Assembly: GCA_050287085.1 (NCBI GenBank)
Contig: JBNKBE010000014.1
Span: 32,001 to 96,000 of the forward strand
DNA from: Polyangiaceae bacterium
GTDB taxonomy: Bacteria > Myxococcota_A > Polyangia > Polyangiales > Polyangiaceae
Direction of reading: 5' to 3'
Length of the DNA: 64,000 nucleotides
The translations under genes were made by a program, and so were the position numbers. Below, piece after piece: positions 19,565 to 28,836 of this stretch. Each line of letters opens with the position of its first letter. Within the stretch, counting starts at the first letter, position 1. The notes beneath the pieces are model-generated. The model did no database searches. It saw only the letters and a list, made by a program, of their open reading frames with translations, and had not been told where the DNA came from.

Positions 19565-20413
19565 GTGTCAATTCTGAGTCATCGTGTAGTGGTCATTACC
19601 GGCGCCGCTGGCGACATCGGGCAGGCAACCGCACGCCTGCTCGCCTCTCTCGGCGCGACGCTCATCCTCAACGACACCTGTGTAAGTCCAGACGGAGCTC
19701 CGGAGGACTCACCGGCTCGATTGAGCGAACTCGCCAGCGGTCTAGAGGCGAGCGGCTCTACCATACTCGCTTCGCACGCCGATGCAGCGTCCGGCGCGGA
19801 GATGGAGTCGCTCGCAAACAGCGCAGTCGATCGTTTTGGACACCTGGACGCGTGGATCAATTGCGCCGGCGTGGTGCGCGACGCCGCCTTGTTAAAGCTC
19901 ACTGACGCCGACTTCGAGGCGTCCTTGCGAGCTAACCTGTGGACGGCGTTTGCCGGAACCCGTGCAGCGGGCAAGGTAATGGTCAAGCAGGAGCAGGGCG
20001 GCAGTATAATAAACAGCACTAGCCTCGCGGGGCTACGCGGTAACCTTGGACAGTCCAGCTACGCCACGGCAACCGCCGGTGTTGTGGGCCTGACGCGAAC
20101 GGCGTCCATCGAGTTGCAACGCTACCGCGTGCGCGTGAACTGCGTGGCCGCGCTAGCAAAAACTCGAATGACGCGTACCCTACCCATTTTCGAGCACGTC
20201 GATTCCATGAGACCGGAGCATGTCGCGCCCTTGCACGCGTATCTCGCCTCTCCGCTTGCGCAGGAGCAAAACGGCGTCGTGTTCTCCATAGCGGGAGGAC
20301 GGGTCAGTACGTTTCAGCTGGAGGAAAGCACCGGGCACTACAAAGAGACCGACGGCGGGCTCTGGAGCGTCGACGAGCTGGCGGGCTTGCTCAGCGGCTC
20401 CACCAGTCGCTAG
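19565..20413 (+). CDS. SDR family oxidoreductase
   Basis: TGAAGDIG, INCAG, IINSTS, GNLGQSSY; catalytic motif reads YATAT. Confidence 0.9.
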   Translation: MSILSHRVVVITGAAGDIGQATARLLASLGATLILNDTCVSPDGAPEDSPARLSELASGLEASGSTILASHADAASGAEMESLANSAVDRFGHLDAWINCAGVVRDAALLKLTDADFEASLRANLWTAFAGTRAAGKVMVKQEQGGSIINSTSLAGLRGNLGQSSYATATAGVVGLTRTASIELQRYRVRVNCVAALAKTRMTRTLPIFEHVDSMRPEHVAPLHAYLASPLAQEQNGVVFSIAGGRVSTFQLEESTGHYKETDGGLWSVDELAGLLSGSTSR

Positions 20414-20681
20414 GACGCGCCGGCGCCCGGCTTTCGAGTCGGTACTGCGCTAAGACCTTGGAGATACCAACTCCCTCCCGGCGTAGCCCGCCGTTCGCAG
20501 TCGTCGTGCTCGGGCAGCTCATTGCTGCCTCGGGGGGCGGGTGTTAGCTTTAGGGTGCGCTATTGTCCCCAAGTGCCAGCTACGCGACTAGCGCCCCGCC
20601 ACACCCGACCTGACTCTCGGCCCATCCAGCAACGAACGCGCCGGCGGTTCACGACTTCGCCCACTTCTCTCCTCGGTTCCC

Positions 20682-22403
20682 ATGGCCCGCGACGCAAACA
20701 TCCCCATCTTCCTCTGGGTCGCGACGGCAGCTTTGCTCCACATCCTTTCAGGTGAAGGCGCAGACGAAGCCGCCGGGGTGTTGGAGGAGCAAGCGACCCT
20801 CCGCAGCTTCGTCCAATCGGTGAGAGAGCACCTCAGCGGGGACACCCAGGCGGTCGAGGTACTGCTGCTCAGCGACGCGGCCGAACTCGAAGCCTTCGAG
20901 AAGCCGAGCGATCGCCAAAATCCGGACAACGTCGAGACTCCAGATGACTCAGCGGAGGAGGAGAAGGCGGTGGTCCCGCCGGAGACCCAGCCCCCCACAA
21001 GCCCCGCCCGACCAAGCCCCAGCACTGCGCCCGCGGTGGCCCCCGAAAAGCCGACCCCAATAGAGGCCAAGCCACTCGAGACGAAACCCGCTGAAACCAA
21101 GCCGCTTGAGCCCTTGGACCTGCGCGGGCGGATCTCAGTCAAACAACACGTCGCGGACACCGAGCAGGAGGACAATCCGAACGCCGAGTTCCTCGCCGAG
21201 CACGCGAACCGTGTGGCAGAGGAGACCCAAGCACGCATCACCTCAAACGATCAGAACGATCCGTCTCCGACGCCTGGCACCAACTTCGCGGGCCCCAGCG
21301 ATGATCCCGGAAACGCCGCTGTCACCGACGTCGCCGACAGCCGAGACACCCCGGGAGATCCAGACGAAGCCCCGGGCGGAGAAGGCGGCAACTCGGATGG
21401 ACAACCTGCACAGGTCGCCCAATCGGCAAGAGCGGCCCATGAAGGAGGCGAAGCCCCGCCCGGAGTCGCGGCGACGCCATCGGTCGCAGCCGCACAGGAA
21501 GCGAAAGCCGAACGGCAAGCTCAGCAGGAGACAAAAGAGCAGCTCGAAACGAGCGAAAAGCTTAGCGCGACAGACAGCCAGTGGTTCCTGCGGGAGTCGG
21601 CAAAACGCGTGGAAGCACAAGCCAGACAGACCCGACAAAGGGGGCAGGCCGCGCGACAGGGCGCGCGACACGGTAGCGCTCTCGGGCGCTTGGGAACGCT
21701 GGGAGCAACGCAAGGCGGACTCAATCTGGACCTCAATGCGGGGCAGGCATTCGCGGCGATTGGCGCGTCCAAGTTGCAACAAGAGCGACTCGCCGATGGC
21801 GAACGTCGGAAGTCAAAGCACCGCGGAAGCTTTCGGACTCATGGTCTGGAACGCTGGCGCAGCGCTCTCGAGAACTACGTAGCCCAGGTGAAGCCCGGCA
21901 ACCAAACCGCTCTGAACACCGCCAGAAGCCCATTTGCGAACTACATCCACGATATTCATAGTCGACTACACCCGCAATTTGCCGTCCGCACTCTCTCGCA
22001 GCTCGACCAATTGCCCGCCAGCCACCCGATGAACCGCCCCGATCTCCACACCGTGCTCGAGATCATCCTAGACGGTCAGAGCGGGCGTATTGTACGCATG
22101 GGTGTATTGCGTTCGAGCGGGCTTACAGCGTTTGATATCGAACCGCTCGAGGCCATGTCGCGTGCCGCGCCCTTTGGTCCCGCCCCTGCAAGCATCATCT
22201 CGCCGGACGGCAATGTGTACTTGCACTGGGGTTTCTCGCGCAACCCGAGCGCCTGTGCGACTTACTTCGCAGAACCCTACCTCCTAGGGCGCGAGACGAC
22301 CATCGCCGCACCGACGGGCAGCGCACCAGCGCCGCTCGCACCAGAGTCGCCGGGGCCCGCACCCACCCCCAAACAGGAAGCGCCCGCTAACCCGACACCA
22401 TGA
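20682..22403 (+). CDS. TonB C-terminal-domain protein with long acidic/Pro-rich linker
   Basis: N-terminal TM with LLH; C-terminal LEIILDGQSGRIV..VLRSSGLTAFD...RAAPFGPAP. Confidence 0.7.
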   Translation: MARDANIPIFLWVATAALLHILSGEGADEAAGVLEEQATLRSFVQSVREHLSGDTQAVEVLLLSDAAELEAFEKPSDRQNPDNVETPDDSAEEEKAVVPPETQPPTSPARPSPSTAPAVAPEKPTPIEAKPLETKPAETKPLEPLDLRGRISVKQHVADTEQEDNPNAEFLAEHANRVAEETQARITSNDQNDPSPTPGTNFAGPSDDPGNAAVTDVADSRDTPGDPDEAPGGEGGNSDGQPAQVAQSARAAHEGGEAPPGVAATPSVAAAQEAKAERQAQQETKEQLETSEKLSATDSQWFLRESAKRVEAQARQTRQRGQAARQGARHGSALGRLGTLGATQGGLNLDLNAGQAFAAIGASKLQQERLADGERRKSKHRGSFRTHGLERWRSALENYVAQVKPGNQTALNTARSPFANYIHDIHSRLHPQFAVRTLSQLDQLPASHPMNRPDLHTVLEIILDGQSGRIVRMGVLRSSGLTAFDIEPLEAMSRAAPFGPAPASIISPDGNVYLHWGFSRNPSACATYFAEPYLLGRETTIAAPTGSAPAPLAPESPGPAPTPKQEAPANPTP

Positions 22404-23425
22404 CAAGTGCACGTGATCCGGAGACATCCGAGTCAGAGTCAAAGGAGGCACACACTCCGGATGCGCCTCCCGGCATGTTGGGCGTCGTCGCAGCGCTCGC
22501 TTATGTTCTGGGCCAAGGGATAGCACCCGCCCTACCGGGGGCCGGGGTAGGATTTGGACCGTGGATCGACGGCGCCCACCATCTGGCTGCCGTCTTCACG
22601 CAACTGGCAGCACTGCTGCTGTGTGTCTATGGGAGTCGTCGACTCGCATTGCTCAGATTTGGGAAAAACCGGCGCGCCATCTCGCTATTGACCGGCGCAA
22701 GTTTCTTGTGCGCTGGCGCAGCGACCATGGTTGCCGCCTCCGGAGGCATCCCACTGAGCCCGGGGTGGTTGTGCGCGCTTTCGCTAGTATCAGCAGGGGG
22801 CTCGGTCGTCGCAGCGATCGTCGCAGGACGCACGCCAACGCTACGCGCACCCGCGTTGATTGTACAAACAACCGCGGTTGCAGGTGGGTTGTATTCACTT
22901 GGACGTTATTGGGGCGCCCTCAGCGGGGCCGATGCCGATCTGGAAGGCTACATCCTGGCGCGTGGGATATCCACGGGCGCTTGGCTCTTGGAGCTGCTGG
23001 CGTATGTACTGGTGGCCTTGTGGGTCGCGGCAAGAGGACGACGCACAGCGGCCTTCGCCGCCGCAACGGTACTGTTGGGTGCTACCTCCGCCGCCCTGTC
23101 GAATATCGAAAGCAAGAGCGAGCCGATCGTGCTGCTCCAGCGCATAGCACAGCAGTTCTCGATCGCCCCTGCGCCCATAGCGCCGGAGCTGCTGCAGGCG
23201 CTTTCCGGTCTCGTCCCACTGGTGCTCTGCATCCTGGTGGCGGTAGGTAAACGACCCAGCAGCGAGCTACGCTTGGTCGTAGTCCTCGCGTTGATCTCGA
23301 GAGCGCGCCTCGATACCCCGCTGGGAGCCCTCATGCACATCAGTGCGGCGCTGTGGCTGATCACCTCCTACTTTCAAGGTCCAGCGGGGGCTCCTCCCTC
23401 TCACTCCCTGCGCAACCTTGGTTGA
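22400..23425 (+). CDS. Polytopic membrane protein of unknown function
   Basis: About 9-10 hydrophobic segments; ATGA overlap with the upstream gene. Confidence 0.7.
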   Translation: MTSARDPETSESESKEAHTPDAPPGMLGVVAALAYVLGQGIAPALPGAGVGFGPWIDGAHHLAAVFTQLAALLLCVYGSRRLALLRFGKNRRAISLLTGASFLCAGAATMVAASGGIPLSPGWLCALSLVSAGGSVVAAIVAGRTPTLRAPALIVQTTAVAGGLYSLGRYWGALSGADADLEGYILARGISTGAWLLELLAYVLVALWVAARGRRTAAFAAATVLLGATSAALSNIESKSEPIVLLQRIAQQFSIAPAPIAPELLQALSGLVPLVLCILVAVGKRPSSELRLVVVLALISRARLDTPLGALMHISAALWLITSYFQGPAGAPPSHSLRNLG

Positions 23426-23477
23426 TAGCCGGTTCAGAACTCCGCCGGTGTAGTCTGACTTTGCCGTTCGAGGGCCT

Positions 23478-24383
23478 TCAGGGAGCGCTCAGCGCGAGCG
23501 CTACAAAGAGCAATACCAGGTGTGGCATCGTCAGAAAGAATGTCTTTCGACCCCACGCCGGGATGTCTTCGGGCGCGACGCGCGCCCCAAGAACCCACAC
23601 CAAGAACGCAACGCCACTTGCAATCGCCACAGTCAAGTAGGCCACGCCCCCTAGGCCAACCAATGGTGGCAACAAGGTGGCAAGGACAAGCAACACTGAG
23701 GACAAGCGCAATTCAACCAGGGTCCGGCGCATGCCCTTGACAACCGGCAGCACCCTGAGCCCGGCCCGCCTATACTCCTCGGCGCGAAATAGCGTAATCG
23801 CCAAGAAGTGCGGGATCTGCCAAACGAACAGTATCAGGAACACAGCCCACGCCGCCGGTTCGAGTGTACCGCGCAACCCCGCATAACCCAGCAGAGGAGG
23901 GATAGCTCCGGGCAAAGCGCCGATGTGCAGCGCGATGGGCGAAACAGCCTTCATGGGCGTGTACACGAGCACATAGCTAACGATAGCCAACATCGCTAGC
24001 TCACCGGCTAGCGGGTTAACAAACATCCCCAGCAACAACACGCCCGCGGCGCCCAGGGAGAGTCCAAATGCCAACGCTATTCCGTGCGAGATGAGGCCAG
24101 CCGGCAACGGGCGGCCTTTCGTACGCGTCATGAGCGCGTCAACGTCGCTCTCAAGGTACATGTTCAGGGCGTTGGCGCACCCTACAACTAGCACCGTGCC
24201 CACCACCGTGAACAACAAGGGCCACAAGCGAAGCGCCCCCGGAGCCATCGCAGCCCCCAACGCCGTCGTGGCCACTACCAAACGCGTTACCCCAGGTTTG
24301 GTGAGGTGCATGAGCGCCCACAACCCCTCACGCACAGATGGGGTCGCGACGGGAGAAGCGAGTCGATGAGCCTCGGTATTCAT
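23478..24383 (-). CDS. cyoE: Protoheme IX farnesyltransferase (heme O synthase)
   Basis: LTKP, NMYLESDVDALMTRTKGRPLP, YTPMK, WQIPHF. Confidence 0.95.
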   Translation of the reverse strand: MNTEAHRLASPVATPSVREGLWALMHLTKPGVTRLVVATTALGAAMAPGALRLWPLLFTVVGTVLVVGCANALNMYLESDVDALMTRTKGRPLPAGLISHGIALAFGLSLGAAGVLLLGMFVNPLAGELAMLAIVSYVLVYTPMKAVSPIALHIGALPGAIPPLLGYAGLRGTLEPAAWAVFLILFVWQIPHFLAITLFRAEEYRRAGLRVLPVVKGMRRTLVELRLSSVLLVLATLLPPLVGLGGVAYLTVAIASGVAFLVWVLGARVAPEDIPAWGRKTFFLTMPHLVLLFVALALSAP

Positions 24384-24556
24384 GACGGAAACACGCGAAC
24401 TAGACGGATACGCCCCTGATAGCAACGACCGAGAGGAAGCTGGCGACGGCGAACGTCGATGCGGACCCGCCGCTGCTTTCAGAATGGACTCGGACCGAAC
24501 AATAGGCCAACAATAATCGTTCCGCCTCCGAGGGCCCCCCGTGGCACATCTCCACC

Positions 24557-24931
24557 ATGAACTGGCGATTCCTGGCAGGTCTTTATGGACTGAGCGCGAT
24601 AGGTTTCGGGGCGTTTGGTGCTCACGCCTTGCGCGAACGACTCTCCCCGGAAATGATGGCGGCCTATCAGACTGGCGCCCACTATCACTTGGTGCACGCC
24701 GCCGCGCTGCTGGCGCTCTCCTACGGAGCCCCCCGCGGCCGCGCTCTGTACCAGAGTTCAGCGCTGCTTGCGGCGGGGGTGCTGCTCTTCAGCGGCTCCC
24801 TCTACGCACTTGCGCTGACCTCGATTCGCGCCATCGGCGCCGTGACCCCCGTGGGCGGAGTGTTGATGCTCGCAGGCTGGAGTCACATTGCCATTTCTGC
24901 TCTGCGAAAGACCACGGCACCTCCGTCGTAG
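24557..24931 (+). CDS. DUF423 (YgdD/TMEM256) membrane protein
   Basis: GAFGAH, YHLVHA, LFSGSLY, GAVTPVGG...GW. Confidence 0.92.
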   Translation: MNWRFLAGLYGLSAIGFGAFGAHALRERLSPEMMAAYQTGAHYHLVHAAALLALSYGAPRGRALYQSSALLAAGVLLFSGSLYALALTSIRAIGAVTPVGGVLMLAGWSHIAISALRKTTAPPS

Positions 24932-25001
24932 CGAAGTCGTCGTAGCGAAAGACCGAGCGCTACGCCGTCCGGCGCAGCCCAAGCCAAGGCTCCGCGCCGA
25001 C

Positions 25002-25223
25002 TCAGGCGTGCTTGTCGGCCTTCTTTTCCTCGCCCTCCGTATCGATCGTGGGGCGTTCCGCTTTCAGCTGGTCTGGCTTGTCGTCATCGTCCCCGGCCAC
25101 CCCCTTCTTGAAGTTGCGGATGCCGTCACCCAGTCCCTTTCCGACCTCTCCGAGGCGGCTTGCACCGAAGAGCAAGATAACGATAAGGGCGATTACGAGC
25201 AATTGCATGGGGCTAGGAGTCAT
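25002..25223 (-). CDS. tatA: Twin-arginine translocase TatA/E
   Basis: LLVIALIVILLFGASRLGEVGKGLGDGIRNFKKG. Confidence 0.93.
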   Translation of the reverse strand: MTPSPMQLLVIALIVILLFGASRLGEVGKGLGDGIRNFKKGVAGDDDDKPDQLKAERPTIDTEGEEKKADKHA

Positions 25224-25414
25224 GGTCTTACCTGTGCTCTGCCTACCACCCCGCCCGCCCAACGGCAACTCGTGCGGCACAGCAAACTGCCCCCCGAGCG
25301 GTGACGAATACGGAACGAGACCCGAGGACATCGGCCCCGTGACCCGATGAGCCCGGCTTAGAGGCAGCGATCCCGCTGGCTAAGCGTGGCCTCCGCAGTA
25401 GAGTAGGCCGGCGG

Positions 25415-26005
25415 GTGATGGCGATGCGGCGACGGACTATTGCGAGGCGGCTCTCGGCAGTGTGCGCCTTGTTGCTGACTTTGACCGCCACGTCCGCCCA
25501 CGCTGACGAGCTGCAGCCGGATGGCAAAGGCATCGTTGGAGGCAGTTTGCTCGGTGCCGAGATAGCCATCTTCGGAGAGGCCATCGCCGGCTTGGAACGC
25601 CCCTGGCTGTATTGGCTTGGAGCTGGTCTGGGCGCCGGGGCGGGCGGCTATGGCGGCTATGTACTGGACGAACAGAAAGACGCCCGGCTGTCGACGATGG
25701 CTCTTGCCCTAGGCATGGCCCTGAGCATTCCGGCATTTGTCGTCTACTTGGACGGAACCAGCGCGTCCCGCCTAGCGCTGCCGAGCGACTACGAAGGCCC
25801 CAACTGGGAACGGGAACCGCCACCACTATCCTTCGCAGCGCCGCCTCCGCTCAGCCACGGGGCCATTGAGCTGGCGCCGAATACGCTCTCCCTAGCATTT
25901 CCCGATATCGCGATAGAGCCGGTATTCACCCCAAAGGACCGGGCGCAATTCGGATTGCCTTTTCGTCAGCGTTTCGTGCTGCAGCTGCTTTGGGGCTCGT
26001 TCTGA
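25415..26005 (+). CDS. Hypothetical exported/membrane protein
   Basis: Signal peptide ending SAHA; Gly-rich hydrophobic segments; C-terminal Phe. Confidence 0.6.
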   Translation: MMAMRRRTIARRLSAVCALLLTLTATSAHADELQPDGKGIVGGSLLGAEIAIFGEAIAGLERPWLYWLGAGLGAGAGGYGGYVLDEQKDARLSTMALALGMALSIPAFVVYLDGTSASRLALPSDYEGPNWEREPPPLSFAAPPPLSHGAIELAPNTLSLAFPDIAIEPVFTPKDRAQFGLPFRQRFVLQLLWGSF

Positions 26006-26267
26006 GCCCCGGCTGCCTTCCAGGCCGCGTTTTGTGAAAGGGGTTGCAGGGTGTCCACCCGCCGCGGCGAGTGCCGACAACCTACATGTATGGCTATGGC
26101 TCCGGAGGTCGCTAAACCCTGCGACCGGGAGCGCGCAGAAATCGCGAGCGGTCGCGCAGTTCTCTTCTAGAGTAGGACTTGTATCCTCAACCCCCGCTCG
26201 GCTAGTGCCGACGCACGCCACTCGTGAAACGTCTATCGCCACGTCCCCGAGCCGGCGCTACAGCCGT

Positions 26268-26296
26268 CCTCCCTACACACCCCCCCTCCCTACACA
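26268..26296. repeat. Direct repeat CCTCCCTACACA x2, period 17 bp
   Basis: Exact copies at 26268-26279 and 26285-26296 in the intergenic region upstream of the kinase. Confidence 0.8.
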
Positions 26297-26526
26297 GTGG
26301 CTCGGTCACACAGCTAACGGCACCTTCATTCGAATCGCTTCTAAGGTGGCCGCCAAAGACGCCGTTACTCTAAACCGGACCCAAGTGAAATCCGCGTTTC
26401 CCCCGCCACGACAACAGCACGATAGCTGCTGGGCAATGACACCTCTTCCGAGCGGTGCCAACACCGGACTGCCAGCCGCGCGGCGCGTCTGGACTCAGAC
26501 CGAAAACGAATCGCCGAGAGTGAACC

Positions 26527-28245
26527 ATGTCGCGTAGAAAAGGCTCCGAAGATCCGGCTCTCAACAAGGTCATCGCAGGACGATATCGCCTAGAGGCAAG
26601 GATCGGCGAAGGAGGCATGGGCATCGTCTATCGTGCCCGGCACGTGCTCATCGATCGTATCGTAGCTGTGAAGCTCATCCGGCCCGACTTGCGCGGAGAA
26701 ACGCATCTGCGCGCTTGGATGCTGCGCGAGGCGCGAGCCGCCAATCGCGTCGACCACGCGCATATCATCGATATTCACGATATTGGTGAAACTGATGAAG
26801 GTGAACTCTATCTTGTGATGGAGTACCTCGTGGGCACGCCACTCAGCACGGAGATCACACGCGGTCCGATGCCAATCCAGCGTGGCGTCGACATTCTCGA
26901 ACAAATGGGCGCCGCGTTGTCTCGCGCCCACGACCTTGGCGTGGTCCATCGAGACCTCAAGAGCGACAACATCCTGCTCACCGCTCGCGGAGGCCGCAAA
27001 GATTTCGTCAAGATCTTGGACTTCGGTCTAGCGGCTCTGGCCCACGACCCACGTCTCGCGCCCAAAGGCGCAGTCTTCGGCACACCTGAGTACATGTCGC
27101 CGGAACAGGCGCGAGGCGAAACCGCCAGCCCGCAATCGGATCTATACGCTCTCGGGGTGCTCTTCTTCGAGATGCTGACCGGGCGTCTCCCCTTCCGGAG
27201 CGGTGATCGGGATACGTTGCTGGAAATGCAGCGAACCGCCCAGGCGCCCAAGCCGAGTTCCATTCGACAAGACTGCCACCCGGTCGCAGAGCGTATCGTC
27301 ATGCGGCTTCTCGAAAAAGATCCGCGCAAGCGCTACCGCGACGGCCACCACCTGCTCGAAGAGCTCAAGGCGCTGCAACGCTCGCTACCTTCGCAGGCGT
27401 GGGACAAGTCGGCGGCCGAGCCAGCGCCTCCGCAGGCCCCTCCTCCCCCGCCTCCGACCCGCTCTGCCAACGTCGCCGAATGGGCGAGCCGGGCTGGGCT
27501 CTTTTCGAGAATGATATCGCGAGCGTATCCAAGTGGAAACGCGACGCAAGAACTGGCGGAAGCCGTGCGCAGCGCATGGGACCTCGCCGCCCAAGCCAGC
27601 AGCCTGGAAGGTGAGATCGCCAGTCACACGCGACGCTTGGAGGCGTTGGAACGCCGCGGGCGCGCCCTGCGCGCGGAAATTGGCCGCAAGGTGGAAGAAC
27701 TCGCCCACGAGGAATCGCGGGCGCTGCGCGACGCGGCTGGCTACGCCGAAGACGAGCGTCTGGCACGAGGTGAGCTCGCCGTGGCTGAACAGGATGCGGC
27801 CCAGGCTGACGCCCGCGCCGCTGAAAGTGAACGAACGGCAACCGCAACACGAGCGCTCTACGAACAGGTGGGAGCCGCCCGTGCCTTGGTTCAGGTGCGA
27901 AAACAGGAACTGAGAAATAAGGAAGCCAAACGCGCCGCCCGCGAAGCAACCGCCAGGGACTTGCGAGGTCAGATAGAGGAACTACGAAGCCAGCTCGCCC
28001 GCTACGCCGAAGCGCTGGAAGAAGACCTAGCTTCCGGACGCGAGAAGGTCGCGGCCCGCGCCCGCCAGGGGCTCGAGTATGAGTCGAGATTCTCGCACGC
28101 TACCAAGGTGGTGGTCGAGCACCTCAAGGGACGACCAGAATGCCGCGAGCTACTCAATGATTTCATCGCGACGGGCACCCAATCATCAAAGCCCGATGAA
28201 AACGCGGACGGCCGCCCCGCGCTGGTGCGTGCCGTCGGGACCTGA
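26527..28245 (+). CDS. Hanks-type Ser/Thr protein kinase with C-terminal coiled coil
   Basis: IGEGGMGIVY, VAVK, HRDLKSDN, DFG, GTPEYMSPE; Pro linker then heptad-rich helix; no TM. Confidence 0.95.
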   Translation: MSRRKGSEDPALNKVIAGRYRLEARIGEGGMGIVYRARHVLIDRIVAVKLIRPDLRGETHLRAWMLREARAANRVDHAHIIDIHDIGETDEGELYLVMEYLVGTPLSTEITRGPMPIQRGVDILEQMGAALSRAHDLGVVHRDLKSDNILLTARGGRKDFVKILDFGLAALAHDPRLAPKGAVFGTPEYMSPEQARGETASPQSDLYALGVLFFEMLTGRLPFRSGDRDTLLEMQRTAQAPKPSSIRQDCHPVAERIVMRLLEKDPRKRYRDGHHLLEELKALQRSLPSQAWDKSAAEPAPPQAPPPPPPTRSANVAEWASRAGLFSRMISRAYPSGNATQELAEAVRSAWDLAAQASSLEGEIASHTRRLEALERRGRALRAEIGRKVEELAHEESRALRDAAGYAEDERLARGELAVAEQDAAQADARAAESERTATATRALYEQVGAARALVQVRKQELRNKEAKRAAREATARDLRGQIEELRSQLARYAEALEEDLASGREKVAARARQGLEYESRFSHATKVVVEHLKGRPECRELLNDFIATGTQSSKPDENADGRPALVRAVGT

Positions 28246-28256
28246 GAGCCCGCGCC

Positions 28257-28802
28257 TCAGCCTTCTGCGCCGGGCAACTTGGTGCGTAGAAACGACCGCA
28301 ACTTGACCAAGTTCTTGTCGTCTCGAGGAAACAGCGGCGCTCTATAGCTCGCGGCCCAAGCCCGAACGTCCTCAGCAAACGCCAAGTTCACTACGGGGTC
28401 GTTCACGATATCTGCGGGGGCTCGTCCTCTGACTGGCTCTGTGCGGAGCTCGACGCAGTAGCGCAACAAGCGCGCGAAGTCGTCGCTCAGAAATGACTCC
28501 AACAAGGAGCACTCAGCCCGCAGTCTGGCGAGCAAAGGTGGAAGGTCTGCGGTCGCCTCGAAACCCGAGGTCATGCAAACGCGGAGCACAAATGCATCGT
28601 CAAGCAGGCCCAGATCTTGAACACCATCCGGGATTAGATCCAGGGACTTCAACAGGTAGTTCAACGACGTTGCGGCCGCCAGACGCTGCCGCTCCGCGAC
28701 CTCTTCGTCTAGCACCAAGGCGAGTAGGTCCAGGGCATCAGCCGCAAGCTGCTCCAGCCAAATCGGGAAAGCGTCCAAGCATTGCGCATCAGCGGGCGTC
28801 AT
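28257..28802 (-). CDS. DUF1232 (YkvA-like) protein
   Basis: YLLKSLDLIPDGVQDLGLLDD motif; ATG at 28802. Confidence 0.8.
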   Translation of the reverse strand: MTPADAQCLDAFPIWLEQLAADALDLLALVLDEEVAERQRLAAATSLNYLLKSLDLIPDGVQDLGLLDDAFVLRVCMTSGFEATADLPPLLARLRAECSLLESFLSDDFARLLRYCVELRTEPVRGRAPADIVNDPVVNLAFAEDVRAWAASYRAPLFPRDDKNLVKLRSFLRTKLPGAEG

Positions 28803-28836
28803 GGCGCGGGACCATAGCGGATGGGGGATGTAGGGG

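Noticed and set aside
20414..20681. SRP RNA or another ncRNA in a hairpin-rich gap
   Set aside because: Only short GC stems, including a UUCG hairpin at 20427-20442; the SRP core GGAAG..AGCAG is absent
26034..26537. 167 aa ORF in the gap before the kinase
   Set aside because: Composition rich in Ser/Pro/Thr/Arg with no domain signal and no SD; treated as non-coding
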